From positions 62,001-102,772 of the forward strand of contig JAVECO010000077.1 in NCBI GenBank assembly GCA_051942205.1: DNA of 40,772 nucleotides, in the 5' to 3' direction. The translations under genes were made by a program, and so were the position numbers. Under the pieces are notes generated by a model, which was not told where the DNA came from, ran no database searches, and saw only the letters and a list, made by a program, of their open reading frames with translations. The stretch comes from Coniocarpon cinnabarinum (Eukaryota). Numbering within the stretch: position 1 is the stretch's first letter; every line of letters starts with the position of its first letter. Of the stretch, positions 10,495 through 23,177 are shown one piece after another.

Positions 10495-13020
10495 ATGTCT
10501 TCATCAGCAATGGATCCGCTTGTCAAAGGCACAAGCGGACAGAAGAGCCGGACTCTGATCCGTGTTGTCATTCTCTGCATTGTCGCCGCGGCCGCCGTCT
10601 CCAGCCGTCTGTTTTCTGTCATTCGTATGCTAGCAGTTCTTCATCCGTCGAACCATTGAACTAACCATAGTCAGGTTTTGAAAGTATCATCCACGAGTGT
10701 ATGATCTCCCTGCTTTCCTCGATCAGCCCAAAGCTCGAAGACTTCCGTGTTTTCTCCCTTGCAACCACACTGTCGAACAAACCCTTCCACCGCATATCAC
10801 TGATATAGATTTAGTCGATCCTTGGTTCAATTTCCGTGCAACGAAGCATCTCACACAACATGGCTTCTATAGTTTCTGGGATTGGTTTGACAATAAGACT
10901 TGGCACCCATTGGGCCGAGTCACTGGAGGCACGCTATATCCTGGTCTCATGGTCACCAGTGGTGTGATTTACCATCTACTTCGATTTCTAGCGCTTCCCG
11001 TCGACATACGCAATATTTGTGTGCTGCTTGCACCAGCCTTCTCTGGACTCACAGCTGCTGCGGCATACATGCTCACAAGCGACATCTCAGGATCGCCGTC
11101 CGCAGGGCTTCTATGCGCAATTTTCATGGGCATTTCACCAGGCTACATCTCTAGGTCGGTGGCCGGTAGCTACGATAACGAAGCCATTGCAATCTTTTTG
11201 CTGGTATTCACCTTTGCGCTCTGGATCAAGGCTTTGAAATATGGATCTGCAATGTGGGGTGCGCTTACGGCGCTCTTCTATGGATACATGGTCGCCTCAT
11301 GGGGAGGTTACGTCTTCATCACCAACTTGATACCCCTTCACGCCTTTGTACTCATTTGCATGGGAAGATATAGCCCGAGACTCTATGTCAGCTACACGAC
11401 GTGGTACGCACTCGGAACATTGGCCAGCATGCAAGTGCCATTCGTTGGCTTCCTCCCTATTCGAAGCAGTGACCACATGTCCGCGCTCGGTAAGAATCTG
11501 GACACCTTTTCCTTTACCGTCCTTCGCATCTCGAGCAACAGCTGACAAAAGCAGGCGTATTTGGACTCATTCAGCTCGTTGGCTTCGCAGAATTTGTACG
11601 GACACAGCTGCCAAGCAGACAGTTTCAGACACTGCTCCGCGCCATGGTCATCATCATCTTTGGTGTCGCGTTCGCCTGTCTGGTAGTTCTCACGGTTAGT
11701 GGCGTAGTCGCGCCATGGAGCGGACGTTTCTACTCGCTCTGGGACACTGGCTACGCAAAAATCCACATTCCCATCATTGCATCTGTGTCCGAACATCAGC
11801 CAACTGCGTGGCCTGCTTTCTTCTTCGACCTCAACATGCTCATCTGGGTCTTCCCAGCTGGCGTGTACATGTGTTTCAGGAATTTGAAAGATGAACAGGT
11901 CTTCGTCGTCATTTACGCCGTGCTGGCCAGCTACTTCGCAGGCGTCATGGTTCGTCTCATGTTGACACTAACCCCCGTTGTATGTGTCTCGGCAGCTATG
12001 GCAATTTCGTACATCTTGGACTCTTTCATGCGGTCAGCCAACCCTACTCCGTCAAAGCAATCGAATGGTAGCGCGGAGCCGGCGAAGAATGTCGCTGCAG
12101 CAGACTTGAAATCGACAAAGCTACCTTTTGTCGGTGTCTACTCAGCTGTCTCCAAGCTGAGCACTGTCGGCGCGTTATCAATCTACTTACTCCTATTCGT
12201 GCTTCACTGCACGTGGGTCACCTCGAACGCCTATTCGTCTCCATCAGTCGTGTTGGCCAGTAGGTTACCCGACGGCACACAACACATCATTGATGATTAC
12301 CGTGAAGCCTACTACTGGTTGAGACAGAACACACCTGAGGACGCGAAGATTATGTCATGGTGGGACTATGGATATCAAATTGGAGGCATGGCCGACCGGC
12401 CAACTCTCGTCGACAACAACACGTGGAACAACACCCACATTGCGACCGTTGGCAAGGCTATGAGCTCTCGAGAGGAAGTGAGTTATCCAATCATGCGTCA
12501 ACATGAAGTCGACTACGTGCTCGTCGTCTTTGGCGGTCTCCTTGGATACTCTGGCGACGACATCAACAAGTTCCTTTGGATGGTGCGAATCGCAGAAGGG
12601 ATTTGGCCAGACGAGGTCAAGGAGCGGGATTTCTTTACCCCACGTGGCGAGTATCGCGTCGATGATGAAGCCACACCAACCATGAAGAACAGCATGATGT
12701 GAGTGGTGTCCAAATAAGACTCATAAGCCCCAATGCTAATGCATTACAGGTACAAAATGTCTTACAGCCGGTTCCCAACCATGTTCCCAGCTGGCCAAGC
12801 AGCAGATCGAGTACGAGGCTCCCGAATTCCAGACACGGTGCCCGAGCTATCGACAGTGGAAGAGGCCTTTACCAGTGAGAACTGGATCATCCGGATATAC
12901 AAGGTCAAAGACCTCGACAACTTTGGTCGGGATCATCCAAGCGCGATGGCTTTCGATAAGGGCAACAAGAAGCGAAAAGCTGCGAAGAGGCGAGGTCCTC
13001 GAGTGCTGCGAGTAGATTGA
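10495..13020 (+). CDS. STT3: Oligosaccharyltransferase catalytic subunit STT3, ~747 aa
   Basis: Exons 10495-10624, 10675-10698, 10815-11489, 11555-12698 and 12750-13020. Motifs RFESIIHEFDPWFN, SRSVAGSYDNE, SVSEHQP, WWDYGYQI, DNNTWNNTHI and DDINKFLWMVRI. Confidence 0.98.
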
Positions 13021-13420
13021 GGAAGTTTCACGATTTGAGCTGATTCTGTAAGATTATGGTGGTTAGTGACTCCATTCCCACAGCATTCAGAGCGTACAGC
13101 GTGTACTACTAAACCTCGCAGACTCAGCGAGGCAGCAATGTTGTGGACTTGCCATTGCCGACAGTGGGCTGCGCCTTCCTCAGCCGGCCTCTGACCTCAT
13201 AAACTCGAAATCCTAACACCTTGTTGCGCACTCCATCCTGGCCCTCATTACCGTTCGACATCTTCTCCAGTCTTTCTCTGCTGTATCTATTGTTTGTTTC
13301 GCGATTTCTGTGGTAAAAGTCACCCACCGATGCAAATTCAAACTCGCAGCAACTGCTGCCTTCGCTTCAGCCACGTGATGTTGTAGCTACTCGTAGAACC
13401 AGATATGCTGACGACTTTCG

Positions 13421-16400
13421 ATGCACATCTGGAAGGCAGCGAATCCCATGAAGGTGCGGAGGCTAAGCGGCAGTGGTGATGAGGCAGAGGATGCAAAAAT
13501 GCGCTCTAGTCGCCCGGCTTTCGTGAAACGCAAGAATGGCGACGTTACGGTAGAGCGATGGCCACAGAAAGCTCCTACGCCCGCTGAGAGTACAGGACAG
13601 CCAGCCATGTCTTATCCCTACGCTACCTACTACTACTCCTATCCAATTTTTGGTCAGTCATATCCGCAACCACAAGGACGGCAACTTCCTCGGCACGAGG
13701 TTCGGTATATTGACCAAGGCGTTTCAACACCTAAAGCAGTAGCAAGCGGTGCACTATCAACGCATACAATACCTAGATCAAACCACCGCAAGCGTAGACG
13801 TTCGAGCACATCATCAAGCAGCGAACGAGAGCACCCAAAAATCGTGGGCACAAAGTCGGTTTCACGTGTCAAAAATCTTCATCAATGCTCTCGCTGTGGC
13901 CAGCCCAGCTCAAAAAGTTTTCATCATCGCAACCCTGTTCTCGGTGCCGGCTCAATAACAGGTCTATGCTCGCGCTGTAAAGGAAAAGATAAGCGCTTTG
14001 ACCCATGGGGCTGTACATCTGGCAATATCATTGGCGAAAGACTGCTCAGACATCCCAGGCATGCTAGGAAGTCTCGAAGAAGCGAGCACGAAGCGCACAG
14101 TGCAAGTCGGAAGACTGGAAACCGCCATGCGGAGAGTGGGCATCGTCGCCAACGTCGCAGTAGCAGTAGCAGCAGCAGCTCAAGCAGCTCCAGCAGCGCA
14201 TCCAAAGAGGTCAAGAGTTGGAGGAAGAGTGTGCCTCATGGTAAGCGTGGCGAAGTCACGAAGCAGATGCGAAAGCTGACATTAGTGTTTAAGCATACAT
14301 CGGCGAGTCACGAAGGCGCTCACATTCACCAGTGAAGATCGTGCGATTCAAAGAGATCAAAAAGCATCGCAGCTCGTCGACCAGCCCTCGTGCCCACAGA
14401 AAGACCCCACGCTAGGAATGTGAATGTGGCTTTGACGGATCAGGGCCCGTGGACATGAACGAGCAGCGACGCCAGGAAATCGACCGTAAAATAGCTTCAC
14501 ATCCAAATGCATGGTCTCGAGGACGACTCACCGCAAGGAACCGCCGATCTGACTATCCGATGTCGGTCCGCGTCCGAAGTGACTCCCCTCGTCCTTTGTA
14601 CGTTCGAGTGCGCAGCAGATCCCCAAGTCCACTGAGAGTACGAGTTGTTAGTCGGTCACCTAGTCCCCTTACCACACAGCATGGAAGTCCGCCTGCCAGA
14701 CGTCATGGATTACCAAATTCGTCTTCCACATCCCCAGCTCGTCGACGATCACTCTCTCCCCCTGAATGGGAATGGCGCCATGTCGTGAGACGTGCAGTGC
14801 CGTCAAGTCGAGGAGAGCTTTACCATCGATATGACGTACCACCGCTGTCACCTGCCCACCAAGTCACAGATCCAAGAGAGTTTTACGAGCGCATGAGGCG
14901 AAGCCGTGGGAACCCCTACAGTCGAGAGCCTACTTACGACCATGGTCTGGTCCCGCCACGTCATCGTTACGTACACCCCCAAGTAATGAGGAGTGACGAG
15001 GAGGTGCCGAAGGTCCATTTCACACCGAGTACCAAGGACGAGAACAATCGCTTTCCAGTGGAGAAATCGGACGGACGATCTCGTGGAGAAGAATCAACTC
15101 GAGACAAACGTCAGGAGGATCGAGACAAGCACGAGTACGATGCGCGTAAGAGGGATGTTCGCAAGAGCGTACATAAAGGCGCGGGTCCTTTCGAAATCGA
15201 TGGATGTGTCAGTGATGATCTATCTAGCGTGGAGATGTATTTTGAGGATGAGATGACAGAACCACTCAACATTTTTGTTGTTGAGATCCCAAGGTCTGAG
15301 CACGCTAGCATTCATGACAACACCTATGAAAGCACGACAGCTCTCCCTCGCTCAACCCCGACGCAATTCCTCTCAGCTCTAGCGCACTGCAATACATCGG
15401 TCAGCTCAGCAGAGCGTGTTCGAGATTTCGGAGGAATACACCGTGCAGCTTTTCCAGATCACATAGCTTCTGAACCAGTCGCAGTCTACGAAAGACATTA
15501 TCCGCCAGCAAGCTCTAACATCCACTCGCTTTCGGGTCGCTGTCACAGAATGCTCCGAGAAGGCTCTCAGACTCGGCCGCGAGCCTTTGCGTTCTCGCAT
15601 CACTTGGATCTCTGCATTGACGGTCAAGGCGGCAAAGCCTCTTCAACTCAGTCGCCTCGTGATCGACCTCCACCGCAATCAGGAAGCGATTCAACTACCC
15701 CACGCGGCAGCAGTCCATTCACGACACCAACATTTCTCATGCTCCAAGAAGACCCCGTCAAGCCTACTCAGTTTCCAAGACCCCCGAACTATAGTCCAAG
15801 ATCCATTTTCAACAATAGTTGGGATAACATTCATCATGTCAACGAGTCGGCGATGTCACGACCAATTCGACCCGCACCGCAATCGCGTCGTCACACGGCA
15901 GGCGCTCGAACACGGACACCGTCGCCGGTGGTCTCTACATCCAAGAATGCGTCGGACGCAGATTCTCGCCCATCTGAATGGGATGCAGAAGTGGCAGGGG
16001 TCTCTGGGCCGTTTGAGTCGTCAATTTACCAAAAAGAGATAGCAGATTCGGCAAAGTACTACCACGACTCCTTGCATGCGTACCACTCAGAACACAGACC
16101 CGCAGTTCCAGAACCGATCCACAGCTACACGGCGAAGCCTGTGGAATGGGCTAATGGAGATCCAGATGCGACTCTGCAATTCTCAGAAGTACTCACAGAA
16201 TCTGGACCTCCTACAGCAACACTGCCCGGGCTACCTCCGTCCAGTGAGAGAGACAGCTTGCACAATGTAGCTGTTCATCCTGGGCAGCGTTTTCTACAAC
16301 TGTCACCTGAAAGCCACTCCTCTTACTCAAGCCCTGTGTCCGAAGAACCACCTTTAAACGCCACATCCATTAAATCAACAAATCCAATATCAAAAGCATC

Positions 16401-16446
16401 GGCCCATCGCTTCCTCCGACTGACACCAATGCCAGACACGGACTAG
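13421..16446 (+). CDS. Low-complexity Arg/Ser/Pro-rich hypothetical protein with CxxC..CxxC motif. One spliced frame interrupted by an in-frame TAG at 14413-14415, or two adjacent genes.
   Basis: ORF 13421-14240, intron GTAAGC 14241..GCTGAC..AAG 14293, then a frame continuous with ORF 14449-16446 except for the TAG at 14413. HQCSRCG..GLCSRCKG at 13886-13978; RSPSP repeats. Confidence 0.55.
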
Positions 16447-17147
16447 TCCTCATGAACATCGCGTTCGAATGCGATGACTTGAGCGCGGGTGAAGCTTTGC
16501 ATCCTTCGCCAACAATTACTTGTAAAATTGTCATTGGGTTAGTGCATGAACGAGAGCACACAGCAAGCAGGATACAGAGAAGGGCGACCACACAAGTGTT
16601 GAAAATAGGCTGGATTGTTCACATGGTGGGAAGGATCAGCACGTGGGTCAGAATAAATGATAGATGCCTATTACAGTCTCGAACGATTGCATTTCAACCC
16701 TCCCTGTGTGCGCGAGTGCTTGTAAAAGACATTTAAATCGTGCATTGTCTTCTAGCAGCCAACGTTGAATTTCTAATCTTGACATTGCCTTAATTCGCAA
16801 TTGTCAGCATTCGACATTTGGCTTTGGAAAGCATTACGTCCGACTTTGCCACACCGTTGCAACCCTGCCATCGGTACATAACAGCATTTTGTATCTGTGG
16901 AAAAACCCAAGAAGTGCAATGTAAATGCCAAAAGAAGGTGTATTGCAACAGCAAAAGACCTCATTTCTGCGAGTCTCCAGCTGCAAGCGAGCAGCAGCTT
17001 CACTCTGCAAATAGTCATACACTCTGGGCGTCTAAGCCTCAAGACGCGTCCATCGCTCGAAATGGTCATTGTGAATGACTCTCTATTTCGCTGTTACATC
17101 TCGCTGTCGCTACATTCCACCTCGCTGTCGTGCTTGGGCGTGGATTA

Positions 17148-20097
17148 CTAGGCCACGCCGACGGCAGTTGGCACGCCTTCGCTCTTGACGCCTTCTGCCA
17201 TGTCCTGAACTGCACTTCCGCCACTGCTGTCTTCTGCTCGATCGTGGGATTGTTGCGTCCCAGCGGTTGCAGCTTCGATCTGGGGTTCAACTCCTGTTGT
17301 GCCATTGCCACCAGTGCCTCCGTCACCACCACCACCTCCTCCTTGTCCAGCATCCGCCGCTCCATCGCCGCCACCGCCTTGTCCACCACTCGCTCCTCCC
17401 CCACCACCACCCTTCTCATCCTCTGGCTCCTGCACAGCAGCAGGTCTCCACTTCGCAAGCAAATCCCCTGCTTTGCCGCGCGCTGACTCTTCTTCACGAT
17501 ACAAGACCTCCACCGCGTCCAAACATGCTTCCCTCACCGGTTTCCGCAATAGTATCAGATACTGAAGACACATCATACTCATCCCCACGCGCTCCGGATC
17601 GGATGCCATTTTCCGGACGCGCTCGATGATTGGTGGAGTAAGCAGTGGGATCTCAGAGAGGAGACGGATGAGGAGTTTATTATCTCTCGGTGAGAGATAT
17701 GGCAACAGCGTTGTGAGGAGTGTTAAAGTGAGTCGTTCGGTATGTGGTGTAGGAATCGAAGTTGATGGATTCGAAGGCGAGAGATTGATGAGTTCAGCAT
17801 ACCATTCTTCGTTCAACCACGTGATGGCCACATCGATGCGTTTTCGGAAGTCTGTCAGTATATAGGTGAGCAATCCTGAGCGGATGGTCTCGGCGATGCT
17901 GAAATTCGATGGATCTTCATCCGTGCGGTGTTCGGATTTTACATTCGGATCGGTGAGGCCGGCAGTAAGGCGTGTAGCGAGGCGGACGAGGAGGGTGACG
18001 GTCGCGGTGACGTCGGCGGTGTTGGCCGCGAGGCGGGTGAAGCCTTGAGGCTTTTTGGCGGAGGAAGAGGAGAGGGTGAGAAGTGTGGAGAGGTGGCGAT
18101 CGAGTGTAGTTTTGGCGTCTGTGGCACGTTAGTAATTCTTGAAGTCTTTTAGACTAGGATTGAGAGGAATGGAAGTCTTACATGTTGCGACTTGTGTTGG
18201 ATTGAGTGGCGGTGGTTGAGGAATCTCGAGGGGACCGAGGTTGAGTTCGTCGGCTGGTAGAGGAGCGGGTAGTTCGGGAGCGGGGAGATTCTGCATTTGG
18301 TTGAGGGTATTATCTGTTGGTGCGATAGGGTGGGCAGGAGGACCGGGAGGAGCTGGTGCTGTGGGTTGCGCGGCCTGCGCGATGGAGAGCCAGCGTGCGC
18401 GGATGGTCTGCGATGACATGTTAGCGAATTAATCACATGGAGACTGAAGAGAAGCAGGAAGTAGCAAGAGATGAGGGAAGTAGAGCAGCTACTCATCTGA
18501 GTTTGACATACGTTGACAGCCGCGTCCAGTCGTCCACGGTCGATACTGCGCAACAATCCCGCAACGATCTGATGCGTGAGTTGCGGGGCCATGTTGAATT
18601 GAGATATGTCGATGATCTGATTGCGATCTTCCGCAAGCGTGAACAGCTGCGACAACGATATCGGCCCTGGTGGCGGTCCCGATGGAGCACCAAATTGAGT
18701 GGGAGGCGTCAACGTGTTAATAGGTGCATCGAGTCGCTGCCGTTTGGCAGTGTCCAAGCCATCGGTAGGCTCAGAAGGCGCAGCACGTTTGCGGTTCTCG
18801 TCAAACATCTCTGCACGACGTTGCTGCATGTGGTCCAGATATCCTTGGATGCGTGGCTGCATGGGATGGGTAGGGGATCTAGGCCGAATCTTTAGCATAC
18901 AAGACGCACGCGAGCAGAAGACGACGACTAGAGCACGCACCGTTTGGCTAGATTGGTCAAGAAAGCCCGCACAGTGCGCTCGATCGACTTCATCATAACA
19001 CGATTGCGCGGAGTGGGAGGAGAGTCGGCGAGCTTGAAGGGGTTGAAGTTCAAAACTGCATTGAGGATTCTATTTGAAATGGTTTGGCGTGTCCTGAGGA
19101 GGACGCCAATACAGTTCAGAGTCGCGGTGACGAGGAGCGCATCACTGACTTCATTAGTTGTCATGTTCGAGGAAGGACGTGAGTTGGTACATACCTCTGT
19201 TGGTCCTGAAAGACGCTGAGCAGACGGTCCAGTAGACCTGAAGCTTCTGGCTCGAGTGTCGGAGGAGCGATGAGTGGATGCGTGCTCGGGACAAGTGCTA
19301 GGGACACCTCGTTCTGCTCGGGGCGCTGATAAAGGTGTGAGTCACGGCGAGCAGCTTGAAGTGTTGAGGTGCGGACTCACTCTTGGATCTGCGATCAGGC
19401 CAGGGGTCTGGACCTGCACCACTCGTTGTATGAATTTGACGCAACACACTTTGACACCTGATGGAGCCGTGTCCATTCGTCGAAGTATGTTTGACTTGAT
19501 GGCGGCCATGTGCATCCATGTTGTGCTGTCACTCGGATTGTAAATGCTATACAAGTATTAGGGACGGCCCTTCTATGTTAATGTACGGGAAAGCATGGTA
19601 GGGGCACAGATCTGCAGGGTAGAGGTCCCCGCGCATTCAGATCACAGCATGCAAGATCGCCACGCAAGTGGACGGCTGGTTGCCTGAAGGGCGACGGCAT
19701 ACGAGAGGCAGATGGCATGATAACAGTGACTCGAGAATGACAATAGTAGCACTTACATATGCTTGAAGATGAGGGGGTATATGCTCGTAGATGCCTGGAC
19801 CACGCTCTTGACGACGGCTGCATCTTCCCCCGGCATGTCGAGATATTGTCTCAACAGATCGACTGCCCGTATTGCGATGTTCTGCTTCTCTTCTACCGCT
19901 AGCTGCGGTGATGCAAAGGTCTCTGCGAGGAAGTCCGCACCAAACCTCCGCACGTCGAGTGGGTTGCCCGGTGCGATGACGGAAAGGATAGCAGGGACCA
20001 CGCTCTTGTAATGGTGCGCATCTTTGAGGGTCTCATGTCGCAATGCATTCAGCTGAGTGAGAGTGTTCGCGGAGCTCTGGCCTTGAGGAGTGGCCAT
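17148..20097 (-). CDS. PTA1: Pta1/symplekin, cleavage and polyadenylation factor scaffold, ~801 aa
   Basis: Seven exons: 20097-19757, 19546-19381, 19325-19195, 19144-18941, 18878-18512, 18407-18182 and 18118-17148. Motifs GVKVCCVKFIQRVVQVQTPG, LEPEASGLLDRLL, KSIERTVRAFL and DFRKRIDVAITWLNEEWY. Confidence 0.92.
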
Positions 20098-20593
20098 CGT
20101 TGCAGGACGGAGAGATGGCTCTCAGATCAACAGCAACGGAGCACGCGAGCGAGGCAGAAGCTATCTAAGCTGCTTGTTTTGCATTCCTTGAGGCTTGCTG
20201 GTTTCGATGACAATGCTGGAGGCCCATGGATCCATCAGACGAGCGACGTGATGGGATAGAGTGAGAAAGGTGAGGTGGATTGCGGAGAGCTCTTTGATGA
20301 TTGAAAGCTTGCAAGAAAGTCAGACCCAAAAGGTCGCGTCACGGCTAATCCTCGCATATCTTCGTGCACGTGCCGCCAGATGGCTCTTGTCCAGATCTCA
20401 GACCCTCGAGTATCACTTTCACGGCGACCTGCAGATTGGAACATACTGCTGGAGCCACAAGCAATTAGTTGCAAGTATGCATCCTTCAATTATTAGGCTG
20501 GCCGCTCATGGCCGCAAGCTTGACATCAAGTCTCGGTGGGCAAGCCGCTGGCGCTCTGTGAGAAGGTTGCAGTTTGCTAACAAATGAACCAGC

Positions 20594-20906
20594 ATGCCCC
20601 AGTCCTCTTATTACCGTGATAACAAACCTGGCGCCGCATTACAAAGAGCGCGCAGACCTTATCTGGTGCGCAATGCACTCACTGGCGCTGCAATCTTTTG
20701 CTTCGCCATGAGCATCTGTGTGTGACGGTAAACCACGCGGCAGCAAGACAAACAGCTTACAACGACCGACAGACGCTTTCACAATACGTGCGGTCTCACA
20801 AGATGAGTTTGAAGACGTGCCGATTCCAGACGGCCCACCACCCGCAGCACATGCTCCACACACTGGCACAAACAGGTCGGGGGGTGTGACCGCCACTGGA
20901 ACGTGA
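20594..20906 (+). CDS. COA3: Cytochrome c oxidase assembly factor 3 (Coa3/Cox25), ~85 aa
   Basis: Exons 20594-20717 and 20773-20906 (GTGTGT..GCTTAC..CAG intron). MPQSSYYRDNKPGAALQRARRPYLVRNALTGAAIFCFAMSIYAFTIRAVSQDEFEDVPIP matches fungal Coa3. An upstream 5' intron ending at 20592 (GCTAAC..CAG) is possible, so the start may lie further upstream. Confidence 0.9.
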
Positions 20907-21167
20907 AGCTGTTACCACAAGTTTTATGATTCGATATGACAGCATTGCGACGGCGTTCAAGGACACCTGTGAAAGTAAATATGAAAAAAAGAAAGTCGAA
21001 ATATTTCGAGTTGGTCAAGCTATCGTAGTTGAAACGCAATGAATGCACAAAGCAGGCGAAGACCGATTAGCTGTACAGAATATTATCGATCTCGGCTTGA
21101 TGCATGACCTCCAGATAATACATTGTGTCAAGGATAGAAGAGTACACAGCATTGCCATGCTTGATCA

Positions 21168-22849
21168 TTACGCTGCTTGGCCTATCATGTCAGTCATCAA
21201 ATGAGCTAAGGTAGCATCCCCACCAGCATCGGTGAAGATCTGCTTGGGTATCTCAAACTCTACAACCGGCGGCTTCTTCATCTCCTTTCCCAAGTCTCCA
21301 TCAACTAGACTGTTATACGAGTGGTCAAGAAAATCTTCCAAATAGTATGCCTGCTTCCGAAATTCCTGGCTGATGATCTTTGCCAGCGATGCAACATTGG
21401 GATGGAAGTGAAACTGTAATGTCTCAAGCTCCCACAGGCAGCTGTCAATCGCTCCCGTGTTCATTGGGTCTTCCTCAGACATGTTAAATGGATCAGCTGC
21501 CCCTTGCTCTTCAATAGTTCGGCGCTCCTCTGGGGTGCGCGGTTCTCGATGTATCATGAATGTACACGTCGGATGCATCTGCAGCATGTTGTACACAAAA
21601 GGTACAATAGCCACAACTGCTGCGGGGGGAGCCTGCAATGCAAGACGGGACAACCGCTTGATGAAGCTTGCAACCATGGCTGCCGGCAAGTGCGATGAAC
21701 TCAAGAATTCATCCAGCATGCGGAAAAACCTGGATCGATGATCTGAATGCAGCAGATCATCATCCAGTAATGAATAGAGTTTTGTGTAGAACAAAGGGTA
21801 GTCCAAGTTGTGTGTTGTCATCATTTCGTAAAGCCCCGACAATGCAAGTAATGCCGTTGGTCCACCTTGCTCAAAGGAGTCCGCGAGAAAATCAAGCACA
21901 AATGTGGGCGTCTGCAGCCAAGGTACAATGACGTTAGAAGTCATTCTGAGCAGAGTATTGCGCTCTTTCGGGTCTAACCGAGACGCAAAGATTCTGGAAA
22001 AAGCTCGTTGTGCTTGCTTCTTGAAGTCACTCAATTTTGAAGGCGGCTTCTTGAATTCTATTTGTTGCTCTGTGTATTCGTGGAAGTATCTCCTGAGCTC
22101 CTTGCTCTCACTTGGTGGGTTGAGGGTGCTCAGGAGCTCGATAGTCTTCGACATGTCTGGTTCCCATTCGCTATCTTTACTGCGATCGTCCGCAATTGCC
22201 CTTCCCATTGCTGTTAGCGTAGAAAACGTGCAAACATCACTCTTTGCACTCACGGAAGGATGCAGAGAGTATAATATTTCACGTCATCGAACTTGTTAGC
22301 GTAGTGTGTTTTGAAAGTGTGCAAGGCTACGGAACTAGCACTCCCTTCCACAATTGCTGTGATGAATCTTCTGAAGTATCCATTCCCCATCCACGACTCA
22401 GCCCAATCCTCACGTCGCGAGGCGATCTCAGCTTCGACTAACTGCATGATCACCCCAGCAGCCTCCGCACACTTAGATAAGTTTGAGCTTCCAAGCCGCT
22501 CAAATAACATAAGATCGAACCGGTAGTTTTTCTGTCGCAACCAGTCGCAGACCATTTTTTCGCTCTCATTGGCACATTTTGATTTCACCATGTTGCCCTC
22601 TGCGATGAGGACTGAGAACGCGTCGCACAGCGCAGATATAGCGTTATCTGCGGTGGCGGGCGAAGTACTGGCGATCTGGAGCAGTGTCTCGAGTTTGTTG
22701 TAGTTCTGCGGTGACTCTGTAATCTTCTCGCCAAGCGCTCGAATTTCTAAAGGCGTCAATCGATCCTCGGTCGGTGTCGTCTTTCTGCGCTTATGTTTCT
22801 GTACGTGAGCGTCGTGGACTACTGTCCGACGTTTTCGAGGCTCAGCCAT
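21168..22849 (-). CDS. NOC4: Nucleolar complex protein 4 (CBF/Mak21 family, 40S biogenesis), ~542 aa
   Basis: Exons 22849-22254 and 22200-21168. Motifs LDFLADSF, HNLDYPLFYTKLYSLLD, RSRFFRMLDEFLSSSHLPAAMVASFIKRLSRLAL and AIDSCLWELETLQFHFHPNVA. Confidence 0.93.
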
Positions 22850-23177
22850 TTGAAGACGACGACTTGGGATGCTCTGAAAAAGCTCGTGGCTTTTTTCTTT
22901 TTTTTAACCAGCGATTCCTCACTTGGGAATTTGGGATAAAACTCATGTAAATACTTAGTTAGAGAAAAATCACGTGGTGTTCATGGTCGGATTTCAATTG
23001 TGGCGCACTTCAACCCGAAAAGATACGAAAGCAAGGGGCCAAGTTCTGGCAGATTGTGCTCCACGAGCACCCACGCTATTCCAAGCTTGGCAGTAGCGTG
23101 AACATCCTGCTCGAAGCTCTGCGACCTCAACCATTAACTCCTGCTGGCGAGTCGAACGCCCTTAGCATCACATCAAC
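22850..23177. promoter_or_regulatory. Compact divergent promoter shared by NOC4 and ATP4
   Basis: 328 bp between opposite-facing ATGs. Contains a T-tract (22891-22905) and a TCACGTG E-box (22970-22976). Confidence 0.5.

Noticed and set aside
16818..17078. Cys-rich ORF (CICGK..CKC..C..C)
   Set aside because: TTG start, no signal peptide and no splice support; it lies in the 3' region of convergent genes.
19547..19756. Long (210-nt) first intron of PTA1 as a possible snoRNA host
   Set aside because: No box C (RTGATGA) on the sense strand and no defensible H/ACA structure by eye.
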